From Phallusia mammillata (taxonomy: Eukaryota), in contig OZ281495.1 in NCBI GenBank assembly GCA_965637545.1, forward strand, positions 12,276,001 through 12,340,000: a stretch of DNA of 64,000 nucleotides, written 5' to 3'. The notes under the pieces were generated by a model, which saw nothing but the letters and a program-made list of their open reading frames with translations, had not been told where the DNA came from and did not search any database. A program made the position numbers and the translations under genes. This document shows positions 37,301 through 56,658 of the stretch, piece by piece. Within the stretch, counting starts at the first letter, position 1, and the number at the start of each line of letters is the position of its first letter.

Positions 37301-37491
37301 TTTTTGCACTGCATATAATCTTATTGCCCGGTTAATCTTATCTTCTACTGCCGTACATTCAGTCATCAAGTAGATTTTCCATCCCGTTTTTTATGTGCTT
37401 TGTAGGCTACAATAGAAATTTAGAACTGTTTTTGCAGGTTGCAGATGTCTCAAGTTGGATCAACCAACAAATGTATTGTGCTAAAACATAG
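34313..37491 (+). CDS. Trypsin-like serine protease P2 (triad intact, Asp189)
   Basis: Exons 34313-34400, 34525-34590, 34815-34953, 35291-35441, 35801-35933, 36194-36363, 36478-36597, 37438-37491. KR|IIGG, TAAHC, NYDVAL and KDTCRGDSGGP are present. Tandem duplicate of P1. Confidence 0.9.
36751..37107. mobile_element. hAT-type MITE in the last intron of P2
   Basis: TIRs CAATGGTTCTCAACC / GGTTGAGAACCACTG with GGGGGCCAC subterminal repeats; the TSD is degenerate. Confidence 0.7.
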
Positions 37492-39301
37492 ATGAAATGC
37501 ATATGTGGCTAGACACATTATCACCACTGCATGCTATTGACGTTTTTGGCATTTTTATTTAATGGCATCGTACCACATATTTGGAAATAAACAACCATTG
37601 AAAATGTTTGGTTTGTGTGATCTTATTTGGGAAGTACACAAATGGGAAAATTAAGGAGGAAAAAGTAGCTTGTTTTGTAACTTAAAGTAAAAATGCAGAT
37701 TGTTTGCATCTGCAAGAATTTCATGATTATAAAAATATGCTTACAAGCATTTCCTAAACTAAACGTAGGGGAATAAGTGGTTTACCTTTCCCGGTTCATA
37801 AGTTTACTTTAAAAACATGATTTTTGATCAGTTTTAACTTATTTCTATGGTAGCCAATGAAGCGCGACCAACTTACATCAAAACGTTTTTGGTACGTTGG
37901 AGGCATTTTGCGATGATTGCTTGTCTGTGTGCTGCACGCTTTTCAGTGGAAGTATGTCAGGGAACAGGTGTTATCTTGTGCGAAGCATGATAAAGGGTTG
38001 TGGTCTCAGAGTAATCATACTTTTGAACTCTTCTGTTGCTATTATTTATTATTTGAATACAAATAGAATTATGAATATGCCTTCTTAAAAACCTAAAAGT
38101 TTGCTATGATTACTTCAGTGAAGCTAGGTCTATGCGTTTTAAAGTTATTTTTAGGTTTCAATTGAAGATTGATATGCCCCCCTTCGCATTCTTTGTTAAG
38201 ATTCGTTGTTCAACATTAAAATGATGCAGCTGCAAAATCGGGATTTGATTGAGAATTGATTGATGAACTTAATAAAACAAAACGTTAAACTGTCTTCAAG
38301 GTGAGTAAAACACATTTTTTTTCAATGTATGTTTACTGCAATCAAATACAGCAGCTAAGTACATGTTGTACTGATAATGTCAATTAAACTGTGATAAAAA
38401 GTGTTTATCTATCCAAGCCTTGGATCACCTCATAATACCATACAACAAATATATATACACTATTATAAAGTTTGGAAAAAGTGGATTTGGATTTGGTTGG
38501 AACTGTTCAACAGCAAATTGGAATGTCTTTTTTTTGTTGCATCTTCTGCAAATGGGTGAATTGTTTTGCTTTTAGCTGGTAAGTGTTTGCTTATATCACA
38601 AGTTTTTGATGTACCATATTATTATAATGCCAATACACAAACGTTCATGTATTTTTTCGGAATTGGATGGCAACATGTCAATGCAGTTGCTATACTTTGT
38701 TGGAAGGAAAATGCCAATTTGTGTTGACAGCTTAGTCTGCTGCATTGCGTACAGGAACAGTGTCGGTGATGCTTGCTTCAAATCTTTTATGACAAGTTTT
38801 TGACCTAGGGTTTGTTTGTTTGTTTTGTATGTACAACTGTTGTCTTTGTATCACTGAACAAAAACCATCAACTGGTGAGACCACGGATGGTAAGGACTTT
38901 TTTTGGTAAATCCACGATATATATTTTTTTTATTTGCCTTGTATGAATATAAATATGAGTTGGTTGTAATGGGTGGTCTTTCACCAAGAATGGGTGCGAG
39001 TGCCAAACCCAACCACAAATGCGCATAAAAAGCCGAATTCCTAGAGCACTAAATGTTCGTGGTTGCTCCGGTAGTAGGGTAACAACGTGCATACCCGGGG
39101 GCATGTCGGACAGTATATGATTGTCTATGTTTTGACATGATATTGCCTTTTTTATTTAACAAACATAATATTTCCATCCTCTTAAAATGAAAACTTTAGT
39201 AAATTTACGGTTCTCGGACGCTTAGTTTTAATTTTGCTTTAAAAAGCCGGAAAGCCAATCCTCTTGCTGTTTGGCTCTCTGGACATCGAAATCGTTGCAC
39301 C

Positions 39302-41319
39302 TGTGGTGTATCGTGTATTACAGAACAAATAAGCGCAAATATCATACGAGTTACTGTGATTGCATGAACGTTGTATTTCGTCATCGTCACCTTATCAGTG
39401 CTCGACCTCGATTGTCATTTGTCGCTATTTAACACCTTTTACCATCTGTACAGTTACGTCATCGCCACCTTTCTCACTATATACGTTCATGTGTGTTGTA
39501 ACGATACCAGAGACAAGCTTTCTCTCTATCAGAGAGACGCTAACATCTCTATCACACATAAGAACGTATAACTCTCTTAACGCAATAAACTAATATCAAG
39601 GTTAAAACGCCATCTTCCTTGTTGGACTAAGCCCAGACAAGCAGTAGCTCAAATAGCCAGGGACTTAAAGTATGAACATCTACAGCGAAAGATACATCTG
39701 TAGTAACAACCACGCACGTTCTGCGTTTTTGTTCGAACAACCGCGACGGCAAATCCCCTGCAGAAATTGGCGAACCCGACGTGATCTTGACGCTCAACTA
39801 CGAAGCTCAGCTGTCCATTTACAGTTCCTTGGCAATTTCAAACCAACAGTCTTCAAGACGATTTTGCCAGTTGGTTTAATTCAACCATCGGTCAACCGTC
39901 CGCAATCAAGATGGTTTACCCGGACATGTCTATCAGCCAACATACTGAGGGCAATACGTACTCGTTGATACCTAACGGAGGAAAAACCGAGAAGCCGCAA
40001 TACCTCCGTTATCTGAAGCACAAAAGTCGCCATGACAAAGAAGAGCAAGAAAAAAGAAGACGACAAAGCAAAATGGTCCACAGCGTCGATGACGATGTTG
40101 CTTGTTAAAAACACTAAAAGTTAAGTTTCATTTTTGATGCATGTTTTATTACTAAGCTACGCCTAACTTTGTGTTATGTTAGAAAACTCTTTAATGACTA
40201 CGTCAAAACGCCTAACCCTGTGTTATGTCCAAACTTCTAATGACTTCGTCAGTATTGTTATACGACCTTCCCTATAGTGACTACCATAGGTTCGAACTGT
40301 ACAAAATTGATTTTAGACTTGACATGGCAATGCAATTCTATACGATAAACGAATTTTATTTAGCTAAAACGTGCTAAGGAAAAATGCAGAGGGAATGCTT
40401 CATATTAGCGGTAATTCTGGTGTTTAAGCTAAACGCATAGGGCACTGTTTATACAAAGCGCCATAGTCGCGCCATAGTCGCGCCAGCGTTCACTGAGCGC
40501 CGAAGCTAGATCATTTTGAGCACATTTCACTACGGGCACGCTCTCGTAGGCAGTAATGCTGTTAGTCGCCAGGCATTACTTTACTTTATACCATCCGACA
40601 AAGCGACACATTTCATAAGACTGCAGATTGCACCACACTGCCAGTTAACACATGTTGGAGGCACTGCCCCAGAATTTCACATGTGCATTTTCACTTTGCC
40701 CGCACCAAACCGTGTACATTAGCCAACCCTGCCAAGTGCTATGTCTTGTTAAGTTTCTTACACATTCGAATTTCTAACACAAGCCAGATGTCAAAACTAA
40801 TTTCTTTGTATACACCTCTACCTGCATGCCACCACACGAAAGACACGCTCTCCGGAAAAGCACTTTTCGGCGGGGTGGCCTGTGTGGTGTATCGTGTATT
40901 ACAGAACAAATATGCGCAAATATCATGCGAGTTACTGTGATTGCATGAACGTTGTATTTCGTCATCGTCACCTTATCAGTGCTCGACCTCGATTGTCATT
41001 TGTCGCTATTTAACACCTTTTACCATCTGTACAGTTACGTCATCGTCACCTTTCTCATTATATATGTTCATGTGTGTTGTAACGATACCAGAGACAAGCT
41101 TTCTCTCTATCAGAGAGACGCTAACATCTCTATCACACATCAGAACGTATAACTCTCTTAACGCAATAAACTAACTTCAAGGTTAAAACGCCGTCTTCCT
41201 TATCGGACTAAGCCCAGACAAGCAGTAGCTCAGATAGCCAGGGACTTAAAGTATAAACATCTACAGCGAAAGATACTTCTGTAGTAATAAGTACGACGTC
41301 ATCAGGAATAGCCCCTACA
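39302..41319 (+). mobile_element. Non-autonomous LTR retrotransposon (TRIM/LARD-like, probably Ty3/Gypsy-derived)
   Basis: 5' LTR 39302-39762 and 3' LTR 40883-41319, both TG...CA and near-identical except at their 3' ends. 4-bp TSD CACC. PBS at 39768-39785. The ~1.1-kb interior has no RT or integrase motifs. Confidence 0.88.
39768..39785 (+). promoter_or_regulatory. Primer-binding site, tRNA-Trp type
   Basis: TGGCGAACCCGACGTGAT lies 5 nt after the 5' LTR and matches the tRNA-Trp PBS TGGTGACCCCGACGTGAT at 16 of 18 positions. Confidence 0.75.
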
Positions 41320-42856
41320 CACCATTGCTAACGGCATATTCATGCGGTAATCGCTGAGTTACTTGAATGATAAAGACTTGAAGCATACTCTACGTTTGTT
41401 TTTGTTTTTTTATCGTCATATTTTCAATGATCTGAAACTATTGTGAGTATAAGGCTAAATTGCAACGGGGATACTTCGGCCGACATGTCCGACCTAATTC
41501 GTGGTGACATGTGAAACAAAAATACATAGCCGCCAGGTTTTCTGCTTCTCAAAATCAAAGTATGCTTATGTTACCGAATTATTTCGGCAGGTCTGATAAA
41601 TCGATCTTATGCACCAAGCCTGCTTAGCCTGCACGCGCGAATTAGTATTAAACGTATCCGGCCCGCAGTGTATAGAAAAGTTTGGTTAGTGCAACTGGAC
41701 ATCCATTTCAGAGTAATGAAGCGTTTACTTTAAACAATAAGTTCGAAATCAGTGCCGACATAATTCCAATGCATTCATTTACAATTGTTTGCAAGTGAAA
41801 ACTTTGCAGCCAGATTGTGCTGCGCCCCCCTTGCGAACCCTTCACGCCCCCCAGTTTAAGAACCCCTGCCTTAAGGGAAAGCAGCGAGGGTGCCATAACA
41901 CAAAAACGTAATTAAGGTGCCACAACGAAAAAGAACAAAAACAATAAGTGACGGTGACAAAACCTAACAAGCAAGTAAAATTTCGCTACACTTGTAGAAA
42001 AATCGCTTCTAAAGTACGCCTGACACCACAATAAAGTCACTTTCAGTTAACTACAGCTAAAACGTAACCTTACAAACAAAAATTTGAAATTTAGTTATGG
42101 CTTAAAAACCAACTATGCCTACTTTAACTATTACTCATCGGCATAACCATACATGATCCCAAACACTATGTTTTTTATTAAGGCATAAAGGTTTAATAAA
42201 AATGACATCACAATATTCCACTGTGACGTCACATGCCCCGTCTGGTATATCCTCCTGTCCGAGAATCGGCTGTCTCCCCAATATTAGCAATCACGATTGG
42301 AGATTTTAAGGAAGTTTTAAAGTCTGATGTTACGTATTTTTTAGTCCACTGATTCTGACTTCTGTTTGATGCGATAAAGAACCTCTCGTTATTGGTACAG
42401 AATTATGGAACAGAATGCTATTAGTTTGTTAGCAAATATACCTTCTGAAAGCGGGGTTAATTTTACACAGGTGATAGGTTTTTAAACTATATAGCATACT
42501 GCTGATGTGGTTGTTCAGAATAAGTCGGCTTTGGTTCAAGCTTTAGATTAAATGAAACGCCTTTCATTCGGACCTGACTAACACTACTTTGGCGGCTTGC
42601 CCCTTGTCCCGATTTGGACTGACCTACAACTTTGATGGCATTAACAGTTGACTTTGATGACATTATTAGCACGGCAATTCCTGACCCGTTTGGTTCATGA
42701 GTTAAAATAATTAAACTATTCCCTTAACTTAACATTGGCTGATAAACGGAAAATTTGCTGTAATTGTTTTTATTGAGTATATTTGCTGCAACTCTGGCTA
42801 TTTATTTCACATCATGGTCATTTAAAGTTCTGTTGGATTTCCGTGATGTCTTCATG

Positions 42857-49228
<6,372 letters not shown>

Positions 49229-49783
49229 TACTTCTCGTTGTCATAAAACTCTGTGTACCAGTTATATTTCTCAGGCTAAGATATTATACTGTGTCCGCAG
49301 TATAATATTATTAACCTGCACAGCCCTATACACATAGCTCGTACCGATTTATTGTTACCGTCCTTATTGTTTCGTCGTTACCTGATTGCATCGTGGCAAT
49401 CGGAAGTTTCGTGCCGCTATTTAAATCTGGTTGACTCATTGTTTAACGCAGGATGCATTCCACGTGATTACTAAGCTTTGTTTGCTCTATAACGCTATAC
49501 AATCGCAGTTTTGTTGCTAAATGATTAGTATAGGTTTAAGGTCTTGGTTAGTCAAGCAGTTTACAGTAAATCCGTTACGTTTTTTTATTATTATTGTAAA
49601 TTAAGTGTAAAAACTTTTGTATGTTTAGACGTCCTATTTTGTCTCTTCCAAATGACCTTTTCAAAAATTTTATCCATTAGTATAACTACATGTCAAATGA
49701 ATCATTTTATTTTTGTCAAATTCTTCACAATTAAACATTGGCATGTGATTACTCTTGAAAGTATTCTGGTAGTCCATTAGTGT

Positions 49784-52760
49784 TTATGGAGACATATTTC
49801 TGCTAATCCATCCACGGCACTCGGCAACCTGTGCATCAAATATATATTACATTAACGTTAGAAGCACATATTTACTTGTACATTTATAAAAGCAGATCTG
49901 CAACAAATTTTATCCTTTGTATCGTTTTTGTTCTGTTCACGCGTGAAATATCATGCGGGGATTAATGATTTGACGTGGTAGGATATTTACGTTTCAAAAA
50001 TAATAATTATTCAAATCAAGTGAAAATGCCAACTTTCTATGTTCCAACTTGGCCATTTCAATATGTGACTGCAAAACTAAAAATGTAAAACTTCAGGGAC
50101 GTAAGTTTCGCACATGAAGGGAGTGGGCGCTTTTTATTTCATTTTTGTGTATGAAACTGACCTTGGTATAGACGCCAGGCAAATTTTGTCCGCAAATAGT
50201 TGTTCCGTATGAAAGAATTCCATGAACATAGTATTGGTTGTCCGAATGTCGACAGACCAGTGGACCGCCGCTGTCACCCTGGATAGAAAAAATGACTTTA
50301 AATTTGGAACTAATCGTATCTCAGATGCTAAACAATAGCTAACTTGACCGGTTTTTGACATAAGTAAAAATTTAATTTTTTTGCAATTTAAACAAAAGAA
50401 CACGTTTCCCCAAAACTTTGAATTTCTCCGTGTTTCAGGCCTAACACGAATTTGGTTTGGTAAGCTTAAATATTCAACAACTCATTAAATTACCGTCTTA
50501 AAATGGCGGGGCTTCATTGCAACATGATCAATTATAAATCTGTTGCAAAGACTGTGTTTGAATTAGGTTTGATGATGGCGAAAAGCTAAAATTAAATTAG
50601 TGTTCGAGTTTGCCAAATAAATTGATAGATGTATTCACTTCTGCTACAGATCTGCTAGCAAACGCTTACTTCGCATGAGTCTTGGCCAGGTAAAGTTCCA
50701 CCACAGAATTTCTGTTGGCACGCTGGAACAACACGATATTGGAACTTTTCCGCATTTCGCAGCGTCAGTGCGTAGCAGAGGTTTTGTGGAAGTATGAATG
50801 ATTTAAGCTTCTTCAACGTGTCTGACTGAGTTCCTGCATCTTATAATTTAAACAATAAACATTGACACATTTATTTTTGATGGTATTCTATTAGTCATGC
50901 TGTATAATACGTGTATATCAAAATTCTCAGAATTTGAAGTTTATAGAATTTACACAGGCGACCAAGCGTAAAAGGTCCCAAACGCCAAGCTAAGTTTATC
51001 AAAAAAATCGTAATACTTGGTTAAAATCTATATCGCTAGAAAAATATCGTTTTTGGAGCAGGCAAACTGTTCCCGGTAGTGATTATAAACAATTTGTAAT
51101 TGTTAAACTGCATTTAAATACGTGACATTTTGCGTTTAAACGTACTACTTGTTTTTCCCCATCCCAGTGTGAAACAAGCGTCTCTCGGAAAACTCGGTTC
51201 AGGATCATTGCAACTCGCCGCTGCAACAAGGTTTGCTGGACTAACGTACTGGTTGATTGTAATGACCCTTGATAGCTGCATAATTAACAGTAAAAATAGT
51301 ATTAAAAACAGAAAACAAAAACAAAACATGAAGCGTCAGAGTTAGATTTTTGCGACAATCATTTACCACTATCTATTAAATTTTACCAAATTTCCTGTTG
51401 TGCGAAAACGTGCATATAAATATAGCGGTTATACAAGTTGTGAGGATTGAATGGTCTCTTACTCCTATTATTGGCAATGTTTGATGCCATAGACCGCGTA
51501 CCAGTTTACTCGATCAACTTTTAAAAGGATAAGGACTTAAGGTAAGCCAACACCCTTGTGTTTAATTGTGGTTTGTGCCAACTGATTTAAATAGTGATCA
51601 GAGAGCAGATAAATTTGTATTTATAGTTAGTGTTTGTGGTATCATAAAATCCAACAAACTGATAACAATAGTTTTAAGTAAGTACAGACAGAATTGTAAT
51701 AGTTTTAATCTTTAAAACTGTACTTCATTAATATGAAACGTAAAATAATTAAGTTGGTGCACCATGAAAGCTCACGTATCATGGTTGCCGAGGTAGTGCT
51801 ACTATCACAGGAACTTACACAAGAGGTTTGGGAAGTTCGATACGTGGCGCAACGGAGCTTAGGCGTTTGCAATGGCGATGGTTGCTGACTTAGCAAATTG
51901 CTGACTCAGCAATTATTTGCAAACGCATATGCTCCGTTGCGTCACTTATTGGACATCCCCAAACCTCTGGTGTAAGTTCCTGTGTTAGTAGCTCTACCAG
52001 TTGCCGACCCCTGGCACAGATGTTTACCTTGAGTAATGCTATGTCGTTTCGGTAGGAAATCCGGTCGAATCTGGCATGTAAAACAATTCTGGAAACATTG
52101 AAGACTTGCTCGTTTGCTGACATCACTGATCTCGTGTGTTCTCCTAGGATGATGCCATAGCGACTAGCAATATTTCTTTGAAAATGTACAAACAGAATAA
52201 TGGCTGATACAATGTATAGAATTTTCGCAACAACAAACATAAAACTTAAATCAATTCGGCCTACGTTTCAATGCAATGGGCAGCTGTAAGCACCCATTGG
52301 TTGCTGATAAGAGATCCACCACATAAAAATCCATTGACCTTCCCGCCTCGCAATCCATACAAGTAAGCCATAAAGGGCCAATCTCCTTCAGAGGTAGGTG
52401 TTCCACCTAAACGTCAGAAACAAAGCAAATTTTGGATTTTTAAAAAGTGTGAGTTATGTTTCAGAAAAAAGTTCTTACAACTGTTCTAAAACACACTTAC
52501 CTAATATTCTTGGAGCTGTACTTGCGCCTGCAAATAAAAGAACAAGTTTTCTGATGCGCCATACATTTTTTTGCAAATACTACTAAAATCTGAGTCAATA
52601 CTTTTCAAAAAAAAAAAACACGATTGTGTCAACTGTTTTAGCAGTAAGTTATCTCATGTGAACACTAACCTGAAGTTGTCTGGGCGCACATTAGAAATAT
52701 ACCCAGGACAGTGAATTGAAATACACTCGTAGCGGTCGTAGTGGATGCTTGCTCTTTCAT
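49784..52760 (-). CDS. Trypsin-like serine protease P4, 289 aa
   Basis: Exons 52760-52670, 52527-52501, 52406-52265, 52175-52028, 51275-51146, 50839-50670, 50278-50162, 49828-49784. PR|ILGG, TAAHC, RNDIAL and QDSCEGDSGGP are present. Confidence 0.9.
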
Positions 52761-54300
52761 TTTGAAATTTTTCCTTTGATTTTCAGTCAAATAGTTAAGC
52801 GTTCTCCTATACACTGCATAAGAATAATATTTGAGAAGTTACCTTCCTTATTTCCAGTCGTTACAGCAAAAATTATAGATGTGCAAGCGCAAAATCAAGG
52901 CACATAAATACACCAACAGCTAGTAATACCGAACCTCTCGTTTGATTCTAGGTCTTAATGATAGTTCCTAATACTGTAAGCTCTTATTTATAATTTGTAC
53001 AAGTACAATGCTGTATGAACATTTGAACGCAAGTTTAAATGCTACAGTTTGATAATTCAACAAAACACGCCTTTGCGAAAGCTGCTAAGAACAAAAAATA
53101 GCTTCTGTAAACAAATAGTATCATTCAACTATTTCGGTTAACATGTAAATTTAAGGTTGGGATGGGCAAATATAATATTTGGATTAATTCGTAAATCGTG
53201 ATCGGAGTTCACTTCAAAAATAGCAGTTGGCAACAAACGCTAATTAAATACTTGGACTAGATTGTACACGCCTATACTCGTTAAATAGATGCAAACAAAC
53301 AGATAGTAAACAAAATTGCGTGTTTGAGCTTTATTTTCAACTTTGTGTGGTATTTAAATGTGCCTTTCAATTTTATCTGAAAAGAATAACTAGATTGTGT
53401 GTCAATTTGTGAAAGCAACAAATTTTAATTCGACGTAATATCATGGCGTGTATATTCAGGTGTGGTTGGTTAAATGACAAGATATTAAGCAATTCTCAAT
53501 TAAATTTATAATGAACATTGTGCATGTGCACGTTTGAACAATATAGTCAACTTAGTGTAATTGGAGCAACCTCTCAAGTTAACCTAACGTACAGGACAGC
53601 AAAGCAACGAACGTTTCAACTAAAAGCCTAAGGGCAAGTCTTTTTTGTTTTGTGGAAATGATAAAAGAGTATGAAGGTAAACAGCAACGTCAACAACACG
53701 ATCCGAATGATCAAAACAACGCCTTGCGTAAACGTTACTCAATATTCAGTCCAAGATCACGATTGAGCATTTACTTCACTTGGGGAGGCGAAAAATATTT
53801 GCATTGAAAATCCGTGCGAGGCTATTGTCGAACAATAAAAACATATGTTATGAAAGGCTGTTTGTCGTCACATTACTGTCTACTGCCACAATGCTGTGTC
53901 ATCCAAACATTTCCACTATGGAGTTCGTAAAACTGATTTTTGTACCCTAATTGGCCCACAACAGAGTTTTGTATTTACAGTAGCGCTTTATAAAAACCTC
54001 ATACACAGCATGAGATAGTCAAGTCGGAATGCACGCATTAGGTACACTTACAAGTTTGGTAAGCATCAGCGAATTTTCTTTCTGGTTTTCCAGTGGCATT
54101 GTTTGAATCGTTTTTAAAAGCACCCAAGTCATGCATTGTATTACATTTTATGAAAAGAGATGATTGTTTGCATGATATTTTTGTAAACGGAGAGAAGAAG
54201 ATTGGAACTCTTTATATTTTCGTTACAATAGTGTTTTTTAGAATATTTTGGTTAATATTTTATTCCTGAATAAGCCTGTGTAACTATCGAAATTTACAAG

Positions 54301-56658
54301 ATGAAAGCACAAACATCCAAACCAAAAATATTGCTCAGAAGTGTTTTAGGTGTATTTTTACTCAGCGCTCATGCGGTTTCAGGTGTGTAATTGTTTCTTT
54401 ATGTTCTTATAATATATACGTAACTTCGGTGAGTATTGGAATTATTAAAATGCTGAATTTTAAAACAGACCGTGTGGCGTCTTTTAGAAATTTAGAAAAT
54501 AAAAATAATTTTATGTTTCAGGGGGAAGCTCGAACATTCCAAGCGCAAGGATCCTGGGTTTGTACAAAAATCTCATAAAATCATAACGCAGTTTAATTCT
54601 ATGTGATTTTGTTTTTAAGCCGCAATTCATTTATGTTTGTGGCATGTTGGTATTTTCCGTCTGCATGTATTGTCAAAAGTGCTATAATACTTAGATAAAA
54701 CTAATTTTGATGTGAGTTTTGCTCGTTACATCTTGTTGTTTCTCACTTACTTCTTAACAAGTAAACTGAAGATGGTTAGTTAAAAATATCTGCATTTGAT
54801 GCAAATGTACAGCAAACGTAAGTTTTTTGTGTGCAGGTGGGTCAACAACTTCCGAAGGAGACTGGCCATTTATGGCTTATTTGTTTCAGAGGGGAAATGG
54901 TCAGTTGAATGGCTTCATATGTGGTGGATCTCTTATCAGCAATCAATGGGTGCTTACAGCTGCTCACTGCATTCAGTCGTAAGTCCATATTTCTACAGTA
55001 TACGCATAAATAACTAAAAATGTCAATATATAAAAATTTGACTTAAAAATCCACTTTGCATTTATTTGTTTAGAATTACTCCTCGTCTTTATGGTGTTGT
55101 GTTGGGAGAACACACGAGATCAGTGATGTCGGCAAACGAGCAAGTCTTTAATGTTTCGAAAATTGTTAGGCATCCAAATTTCAATGTAGGATCCGACTTC
55201 GGAAAGTACCTAAACGACATTGCCCTAATAAAGGTAGTGGAATTTCGTGATTACTTCAACTGGCAAAGTCATTTTGTAAAAGGTTTTGTTCATATTGTAG
55301 CTGTCAAGACCAGCTGCAATCAGTCAGTACGTGAATGTTGCAAACTTGGCCGAACCCGCAAATTGTACTGATTCACAACCGTCGTTTCCTTCTGGTTCGT
55401 GTTATACACTTGGGTGGGGAAGAACTACTAGTAATTAAAGAAAATCCTTTGTTTCAATGTTCAGAAACCGTATACCAAAGGTAGTGGCATACTTTTCATG
55501 CAATTCCTAACTCGACGAGCTTTTATAACGAGTTTCAAGAACAAATTGGTCACAGGAAGCGAAAGGAAACAACTAATGCATTGATCAGAAAGATTTATTG
55601 TTGACTAAAGTCCATTGTATAATACTTACAAATCCATTTTCTTTTATCCAGATGCAGGTAACTATTCCGACACTCTCAAGCAGTTATCATCACTCTACTA
55701 CCCCCAGTCGTTCTGCAATTTATTTACTGTAACATACTCGTCACAGTACGGAGGCCGTTCTGTGCAAAATTGTGAAAAACGCATTTGCGCTGGGTTGCCT
55801 GGACGACATGGGCAAGATTCGTGTGAGGTAATTTTGTGGGTTTGCATTATCCTTGTCAAGGTTGCGTTTTGCAAGATTGACAACACAGCTGAATTAATTT
55901 TATGTAATGGTAACTTAATATTAAAGTTTAAAAGTAGGATGAAACAGAATCACTCAGTGGTGTCAAGATTACATCCAAAAATGAAAGCTATTTAAGAAGT
56001 TTTACCACATCATCAATTAACTGCATCAGGTTTATCAGCGTTATAAGCATAAATTAAGTTGCTGCTTACGAAATGTGATAAATCCAATAATCGATACTAT
56101 TTGTAGTTGAAACAATGAACTTGAATCAAGCAAACTCCAGGTCAACTGATTTAAAAAAATATGTTCATTATAACATGGCAGATTTCGATTCTGAATTTTG
56201 CGAGTATTTTTTCAGGGTGATAGCGGCGGTCCATTGGTCTGTCGACATTCAGACAACCAATACTATGTACACGGCATTTTGTCATACGGCACAACAATTT
56301 GCGGGCAGGGTTTGCCGGCTGTGTTTACCAATGTAAGTTATATTACATGACAGTACACTATTTTTATTTGTAAAAAAAATCGACCAAACTTATGCATGTA
56401 TTTCAGTTTCCGCAGATATTTTAAAGGTGTTTCTTTGATTAAACCAGAAACAAACAAGCCAATATATTTGCATAAAGCATGACGTTTCGACATCAACTTG
56501 TGTCATTCTCAAATGAATAAATCTAAAATCAAGCAGTGCGTAAAACCAGTAAAAACAGTAAAAAAGGCAATGATTACATAAATTCTTTATTCTAAAATGA
56601 AAATTTTTTGCAGGTTGCCGAAATGCGTACATGGATCACTACAAACATGACTCCATAA
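54301..56658 (+). CDS. Trypsin-like serine protease P5, 295 aa
   Basis: Exons 54301-54382, 54522-54557, 54837-54978, 55074-55233, 55301-55430, 55652-55827, 56216-56332, 56614-56658. AR|ILGG, TAAHC, LNDIAL and QDSCEGDSGGP are present. Confidence 0.9.

Noticed and set aside
38150-38800. Possible P-element-like transposase relic (MPPSHSLLRF...GFD)
   Set aside because: It has multiple stops and only vague similarity, and I found no TIR or TSD; it cannot be supported without tblastn.
52842-52940. Apparent signal-peptide exon upstream of P4
   Set aside because: Stops interrupt the frames that reach the donor; the true signal exon homologous to P5/P6 is 52760-52670.
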